Origin: Candidatus Omnitrophota bacterium
Lineage (GTDB): Bacteria; Ratteibacteria; UBA8468; B48-G9; JAFGKM01
Direction: 5' to 3'
DNA: 64,000 bases
Assembly (NCBI GenBank): GCA_023819375.1
Contig: JAMWDI010000002.1
Location: 181,896 to 245,895, forward strand
Both the position numbers and the translations under genes were made by a program. Numbering within the stretch: position 1 is the stretch's first letter; each line of letters starts with the position of its first letter. Below, in pieces: positions 35,310 through 45,586 of the stretch. The notes beneath the pieces are model-generated. The model had not been told where the DNA came from. It saw nothing but the letters and a program-made list of their open reading frames with translations, and made no database searches.

Positions 35310-37526
35310 TCAAAAATTTTCAATCAAATAGGAAAGTAAATATAAACAAGAAGATTTATCTAAAGGCCGGTTATTATTACCACATTTTGGAGAAACAATA
35401 CAGGAAGGACAACCCATTTCACATTTACAATTTAAAACAGTTTCATAAGCAGTTTTGATAATTTTTTCTACTCTTTCATATCCAAGTTTACTTATACCAA
35501 CTCCTCCAGGATAACCGTCATAAATAAAGATTGTTGCTTTTTGTGTTTGCAAATGGAAAGGAAAAGAATAGCCTCCTAAATCAAATCTATCACATGTAAC
35601 AGTAAGTGGAAAAATTCCTATCATAGAATGTTCTGCTGCATGAATACCTCCAGGGAAATCAAACTTCTTTTCTTTCATTTCAAAAACAACCTCATCTGGA
35701 ATTTCAATCCATAATGATTGTGTTTTAAATTTTTGAGGCGGCAAATTTAACATATAAGTCCCTATTAATGTTCTATCCCTTTCTTTTCTTTTTTCATAAC
35801 TTACGATTTGTTTGGTAACTTCTATATCTCCAAATTTTATTTTAAATTTATTACCCTTTTCTTTTTCAATATTTAAAATCTCTATTTTTTCCCACCAGTT
35901 TGGCTGAGTGTAATAATCAACAGCCACTTTTTCAACAACAACCATTTTTCTTTCAAAATTAATATATATAACCTCATATTTTTTCCCTTTATGTAAATAA
36001 ATTGCGCCAGGATGACATTCAAAAAAAACTTTATCTTCTTCAATTTCTCCAATTTGTTTTTCATCCTCTATTTCAAAAATTGAATAAATACTCCCTATAC
36101 TTCTTAAATTCAAATCCCAGTGAATAGGTCTTCCAAAATAATAGTATCTTCCATCTTTTGTTTTTGAAAATCTTTCTTTTTCAATTATTTTAATTAATAA
36201 ATCTCCATAAATCATCAAATCTTTCTCCAAATTTAATGGATACTCATAAGAAGCACATTTAAGATGATTACTGGATATTATTTCATTTTCAAAATTAATT
36301 ATCAAATCTTCAAACTGCCTTTTTATAAATTCATCTGGATTTCTTAGGAAATATTGATCAAGAGCATCTTCAAGTGCCATAAAAATTACAAGTCCTTCTC
36401 TTTTTCTTCCTACTCTTCCTATTCTCTGCCAAGCACTTATCATTGTGCCTGGATATCCAAATAAAATACACGTATCAAGATATCCAACATCAATACCAAG
36501 TTCAAGAGCACTTGTAGTGATTACACCTTTTAGTTCTCCTGTAAATAACTTTTTTTCTATTTCCCGTCTTTCTTCTGGTAAATAACCTGCTCTGTAAGAT
36601 GATATTAAATTTTCTATTTTTTTATCTTTTTTTATTATCCACATCTGTAATAATTCAGCAGATTTTCTACTATTTGTAAAAAGTATTGTTGACAACCCAT
36701 TTTCTATACTTTCTTTTAACAATTCAATTGCCTGTGTATAATATGACTCAAATTGAGAATCCCAGAAAATAATATATTTTTTAGGCTGAGGTGAGGAACT
36801 TTCATAAATAGTAAAAAATTCAACTCCAACAAGTTCTTTTGCAAATTTTTCTGGTTGATTTATTGTTGCTGAAAGCAAAATAAATTGAGGTTCACTTCCA
36901 TAAAGTTGACAAATCCTTCTTAATCTCCTTATCACATGACTTACATTACTTCCAAAAATACCTCTGTAAGTATGAATTTCATCTACAATTACAAACTTCA
37001 ATTTTGCAAAAAATCCTTTCCATTTTTCATGAAAAGGTAAAATTCCTGTATGAAGCATATCTGGATTTGTCAAAATTATATTAGGGAAATTTGCTCTTAT
37101 TTTTCTTCTTACATCTTCCGGTGTATCTCCATCATAAATTTCACTTCTCACAAATTCAAATTCTTTTAAATTTTTCAGTTGATCTTGAGTCAATGCTTTA
37201 GTTGGAAATATGTAAAGTGCTTTAATATGTGGATTTTTAAGTATTTCATTAAGTACAAAAATATTATAAATTAAAGTTTTCCCACTTCCAGTAGGAGTTG
37301 TAACTACTATATTTTTCCCCTCATTTAGTTTTTCAAGTCCTTCTTTTTGGTGTAAATATATCTTATTTATGTTTCTTTTATTTAATTGCTCTTTTAAAAA
37401 TGGAGAAATAAAGCTGGGGATAGAGAAAAACTCTCCTTCTTTTTCTTTTAACTCAATCACTTTGATAACATTTTTTTTATACTTTTGCTTAAGATATTCA
37501 ACAAATTCTTTAATTTTTTCTTCCAC
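35310..37526 (-). CDS. DEAD/DEAH-box helicase with C-terminal DUF1998 zinc ribbon (MrfA/YprA-like)
   Basis: Motif I TPTGSGKT, motif II DEIH, helicase C domain, C-terminal CKCEMGCPSCIVSPKCGNNN. Confidence 0.85.
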   Translation of the reverse strand: MEEKIKEFVEYLKQKYKKNVIKVIELKEKEGEFFSIPSFISPFLKEQLNKRNINKIYLHQKEGLEKLNEGKNIVVTTPTGSGKTLIYNIFVLNEILKNPHIKALYIFPTKALTQDQLKNLKEFEFVRSEIYDGDTPEDVRRKIRANFPNIILTNPDMLHTGILPFHEKWKGFFAKLKFVIVDEIHTYRGIFGSNVSHVIRRLRRICQLYGSEPQFILLSATINQPEKFAKELVGVEFFTIYESSSPQPKKYIIFWDSQFESYYTQAIELLKESIENGLSTILFTNSRKSAELLQMWIIKKDKKIENLISSYRAGYLPEERREIEKKLFTGELKGVITTSALELGIDVGYLDTCILFGYPGTMISAWQRIGRVGRKREGLVIFMALEDALDQYFLRNPDEFIKRQFEDLIINFENEIISSNHLKCASYEYPLNLEKDLMIYGDLLIKIIEKERFSKTKDGRYYYFGRPIHWDLNLRSIGSIYSIFEIEDEKQIGEIEEDKVFFECHPGAIYLHKGKKYEVIYINFERKMVVVEKVAVDYYTQPNWWEKIEILNIEKEKGNKFKIKFGDIEVTKQIVSYEKRKERDRTLIGTYMLNLPPQKFKTQSLWIEIPDEVVFEMKEKKFDFPGGIHAAEHSMIGIFPLTVTCDRFDLGGYSFPFHLQTQKATIFIYDGYPGGVGISKLGYERVEKIIKTAYETVLNCKCEMGCPSCIVSPKCGNNNRPLDKSSCLYLLSYLIENF

Positions 37527-37534
37527 ATTTTAAA

Positions 37535-38587
37535 TTATACAATAGATAAAAATGTATAAATATTTTCAATTAACTTTTCAACTATTTTTTCTTCAGGATA
37601 TGTCCCTATTATTTCTCCTTTCCTAAACAAGACCCATTTTTTATCACCACCTGCAATACCAATATCTGCTTGCTTTGCTTCACCTGGACCATTAACAGAA
37701 CAACCCATAACTGCTATTTTCAAATTTTTCACTTTTGGATGTTCTTTTTCTATTTTTTTTATTTCTTTTTTCACTTTCTCCAATATTTTATTTAAATTAA
37801 CTTTAATTCTACCGCATGTAGGACAGGATATAATTTCAGGTTCAAAAATTCTCAAATTAAGTGCTTGTAAAATAGATTTTGCAACTTTTATTTCCTCTTC
37901 AGGTGGTGCAGTTAAAGAAACCCTTATAGTATCTCCTATTCCTTCATTTAATAAAATCCCTATACCCAAAACTGATTTACTGATTCCAAGATAATCACTT
38001 CCTGCTTCTGTCACGCCAAGATGTAAAGGATAGTTATATTTTTCCGATATCTTTCTGTAACATTCAATCGTTTCCTTTACATAGGGAGTTTTCATAGAAA
38101 TAACAAGAGAAAAAAAGTTATTATCTTCAAAAAATTTAATTATCTCATCTGCAAATTTAACCATAGAAGAAACAATATCGTCTTTTATTTTAATAGAGCC
38201 AGAGTTTAATCCTATTCTTATAGGAATATTGAATTCTTTTGCAACCCTTATTATTTCTTTCAAATATTTTTTTTCAATATTACCTGGATTTATCCTTACT
38301 TTATCTATTCCTTTATTTATTGATAAAACTGCAAGTTTCCAATTAAAGTGAATATCAGCAATAAATGGAATATCAAATTCTTTTTTTAGAATAGGTATAA
38401 TATTCACATCTTTTTCCTCTATTACTGAAATTCTTACCATTTCAGCACCTTCTTTTATCATATTACTGATTTGTTTTTTTAAAGAAAGAATATTTGAAGT
38501 TGGAACCTTTGTCATTCCCTGAATTATTACAGGATTATCACCACCTATAAAAAGATTCCCTATTTTAACAATTTTGGTTTTTCTCAT
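37535..38587 (-). CDS. ispG: 4-hydroxy-3-methylbut-2-en-1-yl diphosphate synthase
   Basis: GGDNPVIIQGMT, CPTCGR and MGCSVNGPGEAKQADIGIAGG motifs. Confidence 0.9.
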   Translation of the reverse strand: MRKTKIVKIGNLFIGGDNPVIIQGMTKVPTSNILSLKKQISNMIKEGAEMVRISVIEEKDVNIIPILKKEFDIPFIADIHFNWKLAVLSINKGIDKVRINPGNIEKKYLKEIIRVAKEFNIPIRIGLNSGSIKIKDDIVSSMVKFADEIIKFFEDNNFFSLVISMKTPYVKETIECYRKISEKYNYPLHLGVTEAGSDYLGISKSVLGIGILLNEGIGDTIRVSLTAPPEEEIKVAKSILQALNLRIFEPEIISCPTCGRIKVNLNKILEKVKKEIKKIEKEHPKVKNLKIAVMGCSVNGPGEAKQADIGIAGGDKKWVLFRKGEIIGTYPEEKIVEKLIENIYTFLSIV

Positions 38588-39663
38588 TTAATTTTGGTCT
38601 TATATGTCTCAAATATTCTTTCTATATCCTGATATGTTATATAAATTGCAAAAAATATAAGAGAAATAATTCCTATATTTTGAATTACTTGAAGTACTTT
38701 TTGACTTGGCCTTTTTTTCCTTATCCTTTCAATCAAAAGACCAAAAATATGTCCCCCATCAAGGACTGGATGAGGTATCAAATTTATTATTCCAAGATTA
38801 ATACTTAAAATTGCCATAAATTGAAGATAACTTACCACTCCTATTTTCCAAACTTTAATTGCTATCTCTGATATTCCAATAGGACCTGCAAAATGTCTTA
38901 AAGAAAGTTTTTTTTGAAAAAGTAGTTTAAAGTATGTATAAATATTTTGGCAAATATTATAAAATTCAATTCCACTTTTTACTATCGCTTTATGAAACGG
39001 ATACCTTTCAAGTTTTTCTTTGGGAAGTATTCCTATTATATATTCTATTTCTTTTTTTCCATTTATTTCTACTTCATGAGGCATAGGTTTTATTTTGAAA
39101 ATTAAATGTTCTTCTTCTCTTTTAACTTTAAGAACAACTGGTTTATCTTTATTCTCTTTTGTAAAATTTTTTATCTTTATTATTACATCAACCCAGTTTT
39201 TACATTTTTCGCCATTTACTTCAACAATTTCATCACCAATTTTAAGTCCACTTTTTTCAGCAGGATATCCTTTCAAAAACTCACCTATTTTTGTTCCATC
39301 ATATGTAATAACTCCAATCATAAAAACTGGTATTAAAAGTAAATAACCAAAAATGAGATTATTTAGTGATCCAGCAAACAATATTTTACTTCTTATACCA
39401 GGACTCTTCCCCATATATTCCCAGTCCTCAAATTTTTCTTTATTTATCTCTTCTCCTGCAAGTTTAACATATCCTCCAAAAAGAATTATTGATATAACAT
39501 ATGTTGTATCTCCTTTTTTCTTTTCAAAAATCTTTGGTCCAAAACCTATGGCAAATTTTTCAACTTTAACTCCATTTTTTTTGGCAACTATAAAATGGCC
39601 AAATTCGTGAATTGTTATTAAAACTGAAAAAAGAACCAGTAATGCTAAAATTGAAGTAATCAT
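38584..39663 (-). CDS. rseP: RIP zinc metalloprotease RseP (site-2 protease) with PDZ domain
   Basis: HEFGHF zinc motif in the first TM, PDZ-like GDEIVEVNG, and a C-terminal LDGG motif. Confidence 0.85.
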   Translation of the reverse strand: MITSILALLVLFSVLITIHEFGHFIVAKKNGVKVEKFAIGFGPKIFEKKKGDTTYVISIILFGGYVKLAGEEINKEKFEDWEYMGKSPGIRSKILFAGSLNNLIFGYLLLIPVFMIGVITYDGTKIGEFLKGYPAEKSGLKIGDEIVEVNGEKCKNWVDVIIKIKNFTKENKDKPVVLKVKREEEHLIFKIKPMPHEVEINGKKEIEYIIGILPKEKLERYPFHKAIVKSGIEFYNICQNIYTYFKLLFQKKLSLRHFAGPIGISEIAIKVWKIGVVSYLQFMAILSINLGIINLIPHPVLDGGHIFGLLIERIRKKRPSQKVLQVIQNIGIISLIFFAIYITYQDIERIFETYKTKIK

Positions 39664-40790
39664 TTTTTCCCCTCCATTAGTTTGTCAACTTCTTTTCTTG
39701 CAAGATTATGAAAATAAAATATTTCTTCAAGATTGAGTTTTGCTTTATATTCACATTTTTCAAGGACCTTTTCAATAATGTTTATAATATTATAAAAGTC
39801 AATTTTACCTTCAAGGAAATATTCAACAACTCTTTCATTTGCACCATTTAAAACCACAGGAAAAGAACCTTTTTTTCTTATTGCTTCTTTTGCAAGAACT
39901 AACCACTTTGAATTTTCCTTTACTTTTTTAAAAGTCAAATTTGATATTTTCCCAAAATTTATTCTTTCAAAATCTGTCCAGACCCTTTCTGGATAATTTA
40001 GAACATAATTTATTGGGAATTTCATATCTGGTATAAAACCAACACATTTAAATGTCCCATCAATAAATTCAACCATCCCATGTATTATTGCCTCTGGATG
40101 AATAACAACATCTATTTGCTCTTCAGTAAGAGAAAAAAGATAATGTGCTTCTATAATTTCAAATGCCTTATTCATCATTGTTGCTGAATCTATAGTTATT
40201 TTTTTCCCCATTTTCCACACAGGATGAGCAAGAGCATCTTCAACTTTTATCTTTTTTTTTCTTTTACCTAAAAAAGGACCTCCAGAAGCAGTCAAGTATA
40301 TCTTCCTAATATTTTTGTTTTCATATTTCAAAATTTGAAAAATAGCATTGTGCTCACTATCAATAGGTAAAATTTCAAAATCATAATTTTTTCTTAAATC
40401 ATTAATTATTTCACCCCCTGAAACAAGTATTTCCTTTGTTGCAAGAGCAATTGTTTTTTTATTTTTAATACATTCTATAAAAGATGGAAGAGTTTTAATT
40501 CCAGGTATGGCAAAAATATAAAAATCACCTTCTTTTAAATTAGCAATTTCAATAAGTCCTTCTTCTCCATAGAAAAATTTAACTTTCTTAAATTTCTTTT
40601 CAAAATTCTTATCTTTTTCTTCAATATACGCATATTTGGGTTTAAACTCTTCAATTTGTTTTGAAAACAACTTTTTATTTTTTCTACAGGCAATACATAA
40701 AACATTAAATTTGTCTTTTTGTTTTCTTATAACTTCAAGTGCATTCTGTCCTATCGTACCTGTTGAACCAAGTATCACAACATTTTTCAT
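39660..40790 (-). CDS. dxr: 1-deoxy-D-xylulose 5-phosphate reductoisomerase
   Basis: N-terminal ILGSTGTIGQNALEV NADPH-binding motif and overall Dxr similarity. Confidence 0.9.
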   Translation of the reverse strand: MKNVVILGSTGTIGQNALEVIRKQKDKFNVLCIACRKNKKLFSKQIEEFKPKYAYIEEKDKNFEKKFKKVKFFYGEEGLIEIANLKEGDFYIFAIPGIKTLPSFIECIKNKKTIALATKEILVSGGEIINDLRKNYDFEILPIDSEHNAIFQILKYENKNIRKIYLTASGGPFLGKRKKKIKVEDALAHPVWKMGKKITIDSATMMNKAFEIIEAHYLFSLTEEQIDVVIHPEAIIHGMVEFIDGTFKCVGFIPDMKFPINYVLNYPERVWTDFERINFGKISNLTFKKVKENSKWLVLAKEAIRKKGSFPVVLNGANERVVEYFLEGKIDFYNIINIIEKVLEKCEYKAKLNLEEIFYFHNLARKEVDKLMEGKK

Positions 40791-41497
40791 TTTTTATATA
40801 TTACTCCTCCAAATTTCCTTTTCCTTTTTTGATAATCAAAAAGAGCTTTTAAAAATTCTTTTTCATCAAAATCAGGCCAAAGCACAGGAGTAAAATAAAA
40901 CTCTGAATAGGCAGATTGCCATAATAAAAAATTACTAATTCTCTTTTCCCCACTTGTTCTTATAATTAAGTCTGGCTCAGGAACATCTGGTAGATATAAA
41001 AATTTACTCATCAGTTCTTCATTTATTTCTTCGCTTCTATAGCCACTTTTTATAATTTCTTTTATCCCATCAATAATTTCTGCTCTTCCTCCATAGTTTA
41101 TAGCAAAAATTAAATTTAGACCTGTATTATTTTTTGTAAGATTTTCAACATACTCCATTGCTTCTATAAGTTTAGAAGGTAACTCCCATCTTCTTCCCGA
41201 AAATCTTACTCTTATATTATTTTTATGCAAATTTTCACCTTCTTTAATTAAATTCTTTTCCATTAGAGAAAAAAGAAATTCTATTTCTTCCTTTGGTCTC
41301 TTCCAGTTTTCTGTTGAAAAAGAATAAAGTGTGAGATACTTGATATTATATTTTACTGCTGATTGAACAGTCCTTCTTACTGCTTCTATTCCTTCTTGAT
41401 GACCTGCAATTCTTGGCAAATTCCTTTTTTCAGCCCATCTTCCATTACCATCCATAATAATCCCAATGTGAACAGGAATTATTTTTAATTCCTTCAT
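40787..41497 (-). CDS. uppS: Isoprenyl transferase (undecaprenyl diphosphate synthase)
   Basis: HIGIIMDGNGRWA signature. 236 aa. Confidence 0.9.
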   Translation of the reverse strand: MKELKIIPVHIGIIMDGNGRWAEKRNLPRIAGHQEGIEAVRRTVQSAVKYNIKYLTLYSFSTENWKRPKEEIEFLFSLMEKNLIKEGENLHKNNIRVRFSGRRWELPSKLIEAMEYVENLTKNNTGLNLIFAINYGGRAEIIDGIKEIIKSGYRSEEINEELMSKFLYLPDVPEPDLIIRTSGEKRISNFLLWQSAYSEFYFTPVLWPDFDEKEFLKALFDYQKRKRKFGGVIYKK

Positions 41498-41500
41498 TTT

Positions 41501-42217
41501 TTATAATTGAAATTTTTCCCCAAAATAGACATTTCTTGATTCAGGATGGTTAAGAATCTCATCAGGAGTCCCTTCTATTAAAATTTCTCCTTCATAAATC
41601 AAATATGCTCTATCTGTAATTCTTAAAGCATCCCTTACATTGTGGTCTGTTAAAAGAATTCCGATATTTTCTTTCTTTAAACCAATAACTATTTCTTGAA
41701 TTTCACTTATAGTTTTAGGATCTATTCCAGTAAAAGGCTCATCAAGTAAAAAAAATTTAGGAGAAAGTGTCAAACTTCTTGCAATTTCAAGCCGTCTTTT
41801 TTCTCCACCTGAAAGTTCTCCAGCAGTTTTATCTTTAAGATGATAAATCCCAAGTTTTTTTAAACTTTTTTCTATAATGTTTTTCCTCTCTTCAACATTT
41901 TTATAGTAACTTTCAAGAATAATTTCACAATTTTCTTCAACTGTTAATTTTTTAAATATTGAAACTTCTTGTGGAAGATAAGTTATACCTTCTCTCGCTC
42001 TTTTCCAGGTAGGTATAAAGGTTATATCTTTACTGTCTAAAAAAATATTTCCTGAATCAGGGAAAAGGAAACCCATGATTATTTCAAATGTTGTAGTTTT
42101 ACCTGCTCCATTAGGACCTAACAAACCAACAATTTCTCCTTTTTTGACATACATAGAAATTCCTTTTAAAACAACTTTATTTTTAAAAGATTTTCTAATA
42201 TTTTTTATCTCAAGCAT
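41501..42217 (-). CDS. lptB: LPS export ABC transporter ATP-binding protein LptB-like
   Basis: Walker A GPNGAGKTT, ITYLPQE, LSGGE, and the LptB-like C-terminus ITDHNVRDAL...YFGEKF. The start at the Met at 42217 avoids overlap with ruvB. Confidence 0.75.
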   Translation of the reverse strand: MLEIKNIRKSFKNKVVLKGISMYVKKGEIVGLLGPNGAGKTTTFEIIMGFLFPDSGNIFLDSKDITFIPTWKRAREGITYLPQEVSIFKKLTVEENCEIILESYYKNVEERKNIIEKSLKKLGIYHLKDKTAGELSGGEKRRLEIARSLTLSPKFFLLDEPFTGIDPKTISEIQEIVIGLKKENIGILLTDHNVRDALRITDRAYLIYEGEILIEGTPDEILNHPESRNVYFGEKFQL

Positions 42218-42221
42218 TTTT

Positions 42222-43241
42222 TTAAAGTAAGGTATCAAATTTTTCAGATTTTTTTTCAAATCCGAGATGTTTATATGCAAGTTCTGTTGCCACTCTACCC
42301 TGCGGTGTTTTTTTGATAAATCCCTTTCTTACAAGAAAACTTTCGTAAACCTCTTCTATTGTGCTAACTTCCTCCCCTACTGCAATTGATAAACTTTTTA
42401 CTCCAACAGGACCTCCATTAAATTTTGTTATTATAACTTCAAGAATTTTTTTGTCCATCTCATCTAAACCTTCTTCATCAACATCCATCTTATTCAATGC
42501 AATAACTGCTATTTTTTTATCAATAATTCCCTTCCCTTCAACCTCTGCATAATCTCTAACTCTTCTTAAAAGACGATTAGCAACTCTTGGAGTTCCTCTA
42601 GATCTTTTTGCGATTTCTTCAGCCCCACTATCATCAATTTTAATATTAAGAATTTTTGCAGATCTTAATATGATTTCCTTGATTTCCTCATTAGAATAAT
42701 AATCAAGTCGGTGCAATATCCCAAATCTATTTCTTAAAGGAGAAGTTAAAAGCCCTATCCTTGTTGTTGCTCCACATAAGGTAAATGGCTTCAAAGGAAT
42801 TTTCAAACTTCTTGCTTTTGGACCTTCTCCAATAACTATATCTATTCTAAATTCCTCCATAGCACTATAAAGAAATTCTTCAACATTTCGTGGCAGTCTA
42901 TGAATTTCGTCTATAAATAAAACATCTCCTTCTTCAAGATTTGTTAAAATACCTACTAAATCCCCTGTTTTTTCTATTACAGGCCCAGAAGTTGCTTTTA
43001 TATTTACTCCAAGTTCATTTGCAATAATGTAAGAAAGCGTCGTTTTACCTATCCCAGGAGGACCATAAAAAAGAACATGATCAAGAACCTCTTTTCTTTT
43101 TTTTGCTGCAGAAATGAAAACTCGTAGATTATCTTTTACTTTCTGTTGTCCAATAAACTCATCCAACGTTTTCGGTCTTACTGTATTTTCAAACTTTAAA
43201 TCTTCATTCTTAATTTCTGGTGAAGTTATCCTTTCTTCCAT
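42222..43241 (-). CDS. ruvB: Holliday junction branch migration ATPase RuvB
   Basis: AAA+ Walker [16 protein letters not shown], and a winged-helix C-terminus. Confidence 0.95.
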   Translation of the reverse strand: MEERITSPEIKNEDLKFENTVRPKTLDEFIGQQKVKDNLRVFISAAKKRKEVLDHVLFYGPPGIGKTTLSYIIANELGVNIKATSGPVIEKTGDLVGILTNLEEGDVLFIDEIHRLPRNVEEFLYSAMEEFRIDIVIGEGPKARSLKIPLKPFTLCGATTRIGLLTSPLRNRFGILHRLDYYSNEEIKEIILRSAKILNIKIDDSGAEEIAKRSRGTPRVANRLLRRVRDYAEVEGKGIIDKKIAVIALNKMDVDEEGLDEMDKKILEVIITKFNGGPVGVKSLSIAVGEEVSTIEEVYESFLVRKGFIKKTPQGRVATELAYKHLGFEKKSEKFDTLL

Positions 43242-43828
43242 GACATTTTCTTTAAGGCTTCTTTTATTAACTCTTCAATTGTTAAACTCTTTTTATGATC
43301 TTTATAATCCTTAACTACTTCCATTACCACGTTTAACGCTTCTCTCCTTTTATATCCTAAGATTATTAATGCTTCAATAGCATTAGAAATAAGTTCTTTT
43401 TCTTTATAATTATCAACCAAAATAGGAATTTTTTCAACTTTTTGTTTAAGTTCCACTATCATCCTTTCAGCAGTTTTTTTACCAATTCCAGGGACATTTT
43501 TAAAAATATTAACATCTTCTGAAACTATACCATGATATATTTCTTCAGTAGTTAAACCTGAAAGAATTCTCAAGGCTACTTTTGGTCCAATCCCAGGAAC
43601 AGTAACAAGTAACTGAAATAATTCTCTTTCCTCTTTTTCTTTAAAGCCATAAAGATTAATTTTATCTTCAGAAACAAAATGACTCAAATAAAGCATTATT
43701 TCCTCACCCTCTTCAATTCTTTGAGATGTTTGAAGAGAAACTTCAACAAAATATCCCACTCCATTGTTTTCTATAATAACATAAGTGGGTGTTTTCAAAT
43801 AAATTTTACCTTTTATAAAGTAAAACAT
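43226..43828 (-). CDS. ruvA: Holliday junction DNA helicase RuvA
   Basis: N-terminal OB fold (VGYFVEVS), HhH motifs ([26 protein letters not shown]), and a C-terminal RuvB-interaction domain. Confidence 0.9.
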   Translation of the reverse strand: MFYFIKGKIYLKTPTYVIIENNGVGYFVEVSLQTSQRIEEGEEIMLYLSHFVSEDKINLYGFKEKEERELFQLLVTVPGIGPKVALRILSGLTTEEIYHGIVSEDVNIFKNVPGIGKKTAERMIVELKQKVEKIPILVDNYKEKELISNAIEALIILGYKRREALNVVMEVVKDYKDHKKSLTIEELIKEALKKMSWKKG

Positions 43829-44286
43829 TTTTCTTTTAATTTAAATATTGCAGAAATTGCAGAAGCAGTAGCATCTGTTTCTTCAAAATTTTTAAAATTA
43901 TAAAAATTTGTTAGATTTTCAACCATAAATTTCACCTGTTCTTTTGTTGCAGAGCCCTTTCCAGTTATCATTTTTTTTATTTCACTCGGGGGTATTAAAA
44001 AAAACTTAATATTGTAAGATAAAATTACTGATATAATTCCCCCAACTAAAATTCCCATATTTAAAGCAGTTTTAACATTTTTGGCAACATAAACTTCTTC
44101 TATTGAAACAATGTCTGGTAGATATTTTTCAAGAATTTTTTTGAAATTTTTTAGGATAAATTCAATTTTTTCTTCAAAAGTTAATTTTGAGGGTGGTTTC
44201 AAAATTCCACATTCAAGTATTTTAAAATTTTCAATTACGGAATAACCAAGTTTATTAATTCCGGGATCTATTCCTATCACTTTCAA
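43813..44286 (-). CDS. ruvC: Crossover junction endodeoxyribonuclease RuvC
   Basis: VIGIDPG N-terminus and RNase H-like fold. 157 aa. Confidence 0.9.
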   Translation of the reverse strand: MKVIGIDPGINKLGYSVIENFKILECGILKPPSKLTFEEKIEFILKNFKKILEKYLPDIVSIEEVYVAKNVKTALNMGILVGGIISVILSYNIKFFLIPPSEIKKMITGKGSATKEQVKFMVENLTNFYNFKNFEETDATASAISAIFKLKEKCFTL

Positions 44287-44291
44287 TTTTA

Positions 44292-45041
44292 TTATTTTGA
44301 TATTTTTTCAAGTAATTCGTCTGAAATGTCAAAATTTGCATAGACATTTTGAACATCTTCGGATTCTTCAAGTTCATCAAGTAATTTTAATAGTTGTTCT
44401 GCTTCTTTCCCTTCAAGTCTAACAGTATTTTTAGGAATATAAGTTATGCTTGCATTTTCAATAGGAATATTATTCTTCTCTATAGCTTTCTTAACAGATT
44501 CAAAATTTTCAACTGTTGTTATTATATCATAAGTATCCTTCTCACTTTTCATATCTTCTGCACCTGCTTCTATAACAATTCCCATAAGACTATCTTCATC
44601 AATTACATCCTTTTTGACACTTATAAGTCCTTTCCTTTCAAAAATCCAAGAAACACTTCCTGCTCCTGCTAAATTACCATTATGTCTTGAAAATATTGAT
44701 CTTATCTCTGATGCACTTCTATTTTTATTATCTGTCAAAACTTCCACAAATATAGCAACTCCACCAGGACCATAACCTTCATAGGTAACCTGTTCATAAG
44801 CAACTCCACCTTCTTCACCTGTCCCTTTTCTTATGGCTCTTTGAATATTTTCATTAGGCATATTTACACTTTTTGCTTTCTCAATTGCAAGTCTCAATCT
44901 TGGATTTGTTTCTGGATTTGGTCCCCCCATTTTAGTTGCAACCATTATTTCTCTTATTATTTTTGTAAATATTTTACCCCTTCTTGCATCCATTGCCATT
45001 TTTTTATGTTTTATACTATGCCATTTTGAATGTCCAGACAT
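44292..45041 (-). CDS. YebC/PmpR-family transcriptional regulator
   Basis: MSGHSKWHSIKHKK N-terminus. 249 aa. Confidence 0.9.
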   Translation of the reverse strand: MSGHSKWHSIKHKKMAMDARRGKIFTKIIREIMVATKMGGPNPETNPRLRLAIEKAKSVNMPNENIQRAIRKGTGEEGGVAYEQVTYEGYGPGGVAIFVEVLTDNKNRSASEIRSIFSRHNGNLAGAGSVSWIFERKGLISVKKDVIDEDSLMGIVIEAGAEDMKSEKDTYDIITTVENFESVKKAIEKNNIPIENASITYIPKNTVRLEGKEAEQLLKLLDELEESEDVQNVYANFDISDELLEKISK

Positions 45042-45054
45042 TTTTTCCCTCCTT

Positions 45055-45582
45055 CTATTCCTCTTTTATTCTTTTCCAGAATTCTTTTGCACTTAAATTT
45101 TCAATTATCCTTCTAAATTCTTCCACTTCTTTTTTATCTATAGGCTTATCAAGTTTATTTGACTGTAAAAAGTCCTTACTGTCATAATATTTTATAATAT
45201 CTGGACTTTCAAGTAAATCTTCTGAAGCAAAAATAGGTGCTCCAAATCTTAAAGCAAGAGCAATACCATCGCTTGGTCTGCAATCAACTTTTTCTATTTT
45301 GCCTTCAACTTCAATTACAAGATTTGCATAATAAATATTATCTTTTAAAGTATAAATTTCTAGACGTTGCATTTTTCCTTTTAAAACTTCTATAATAATT
45401 TTCATAAGATCATGAGTTAAGGGACGTGGAAATTCTGCTTTCTCAAGAACAAGAAGAATTGATTGTGCTTCAAATATTCCTATAACTATCGGAAGAACCT
45501 CCCCTTCATCACTTCTTAATATTACTATTGGTGTGTTATTTAAAATATTCAAAACAACTCTTTCAACATAAACTTTTTTCAT
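45055..45582 (-). CDS. Bifunctional nuclease (DUF151/BFN) family protein
   Basis: Start at the internal Met at 45582. Sequence PIVILRSDEGEVLPIVIG...RPLTHDL...RPSDGIALA matches the BFN domain. Confidence 0.6.
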   Translation of the reverse strand: MKKVYVERVVLNILNNTPIVILRSDEGEVLPIVIGIFEAQSILLVLEKAEFPRPLTHDLMKIIIEVLKGKMQRLEIYTLKDNIYYANLVIEVEGKIEKVDCRPSDGIALALRFGAPIFASEDLLESPDIIKYYDSKDFLQSNKLDKPIDKKEVEEFRRIIENLSAKEFWKRIKEE

Positions 45583-45586
45583 ACTT

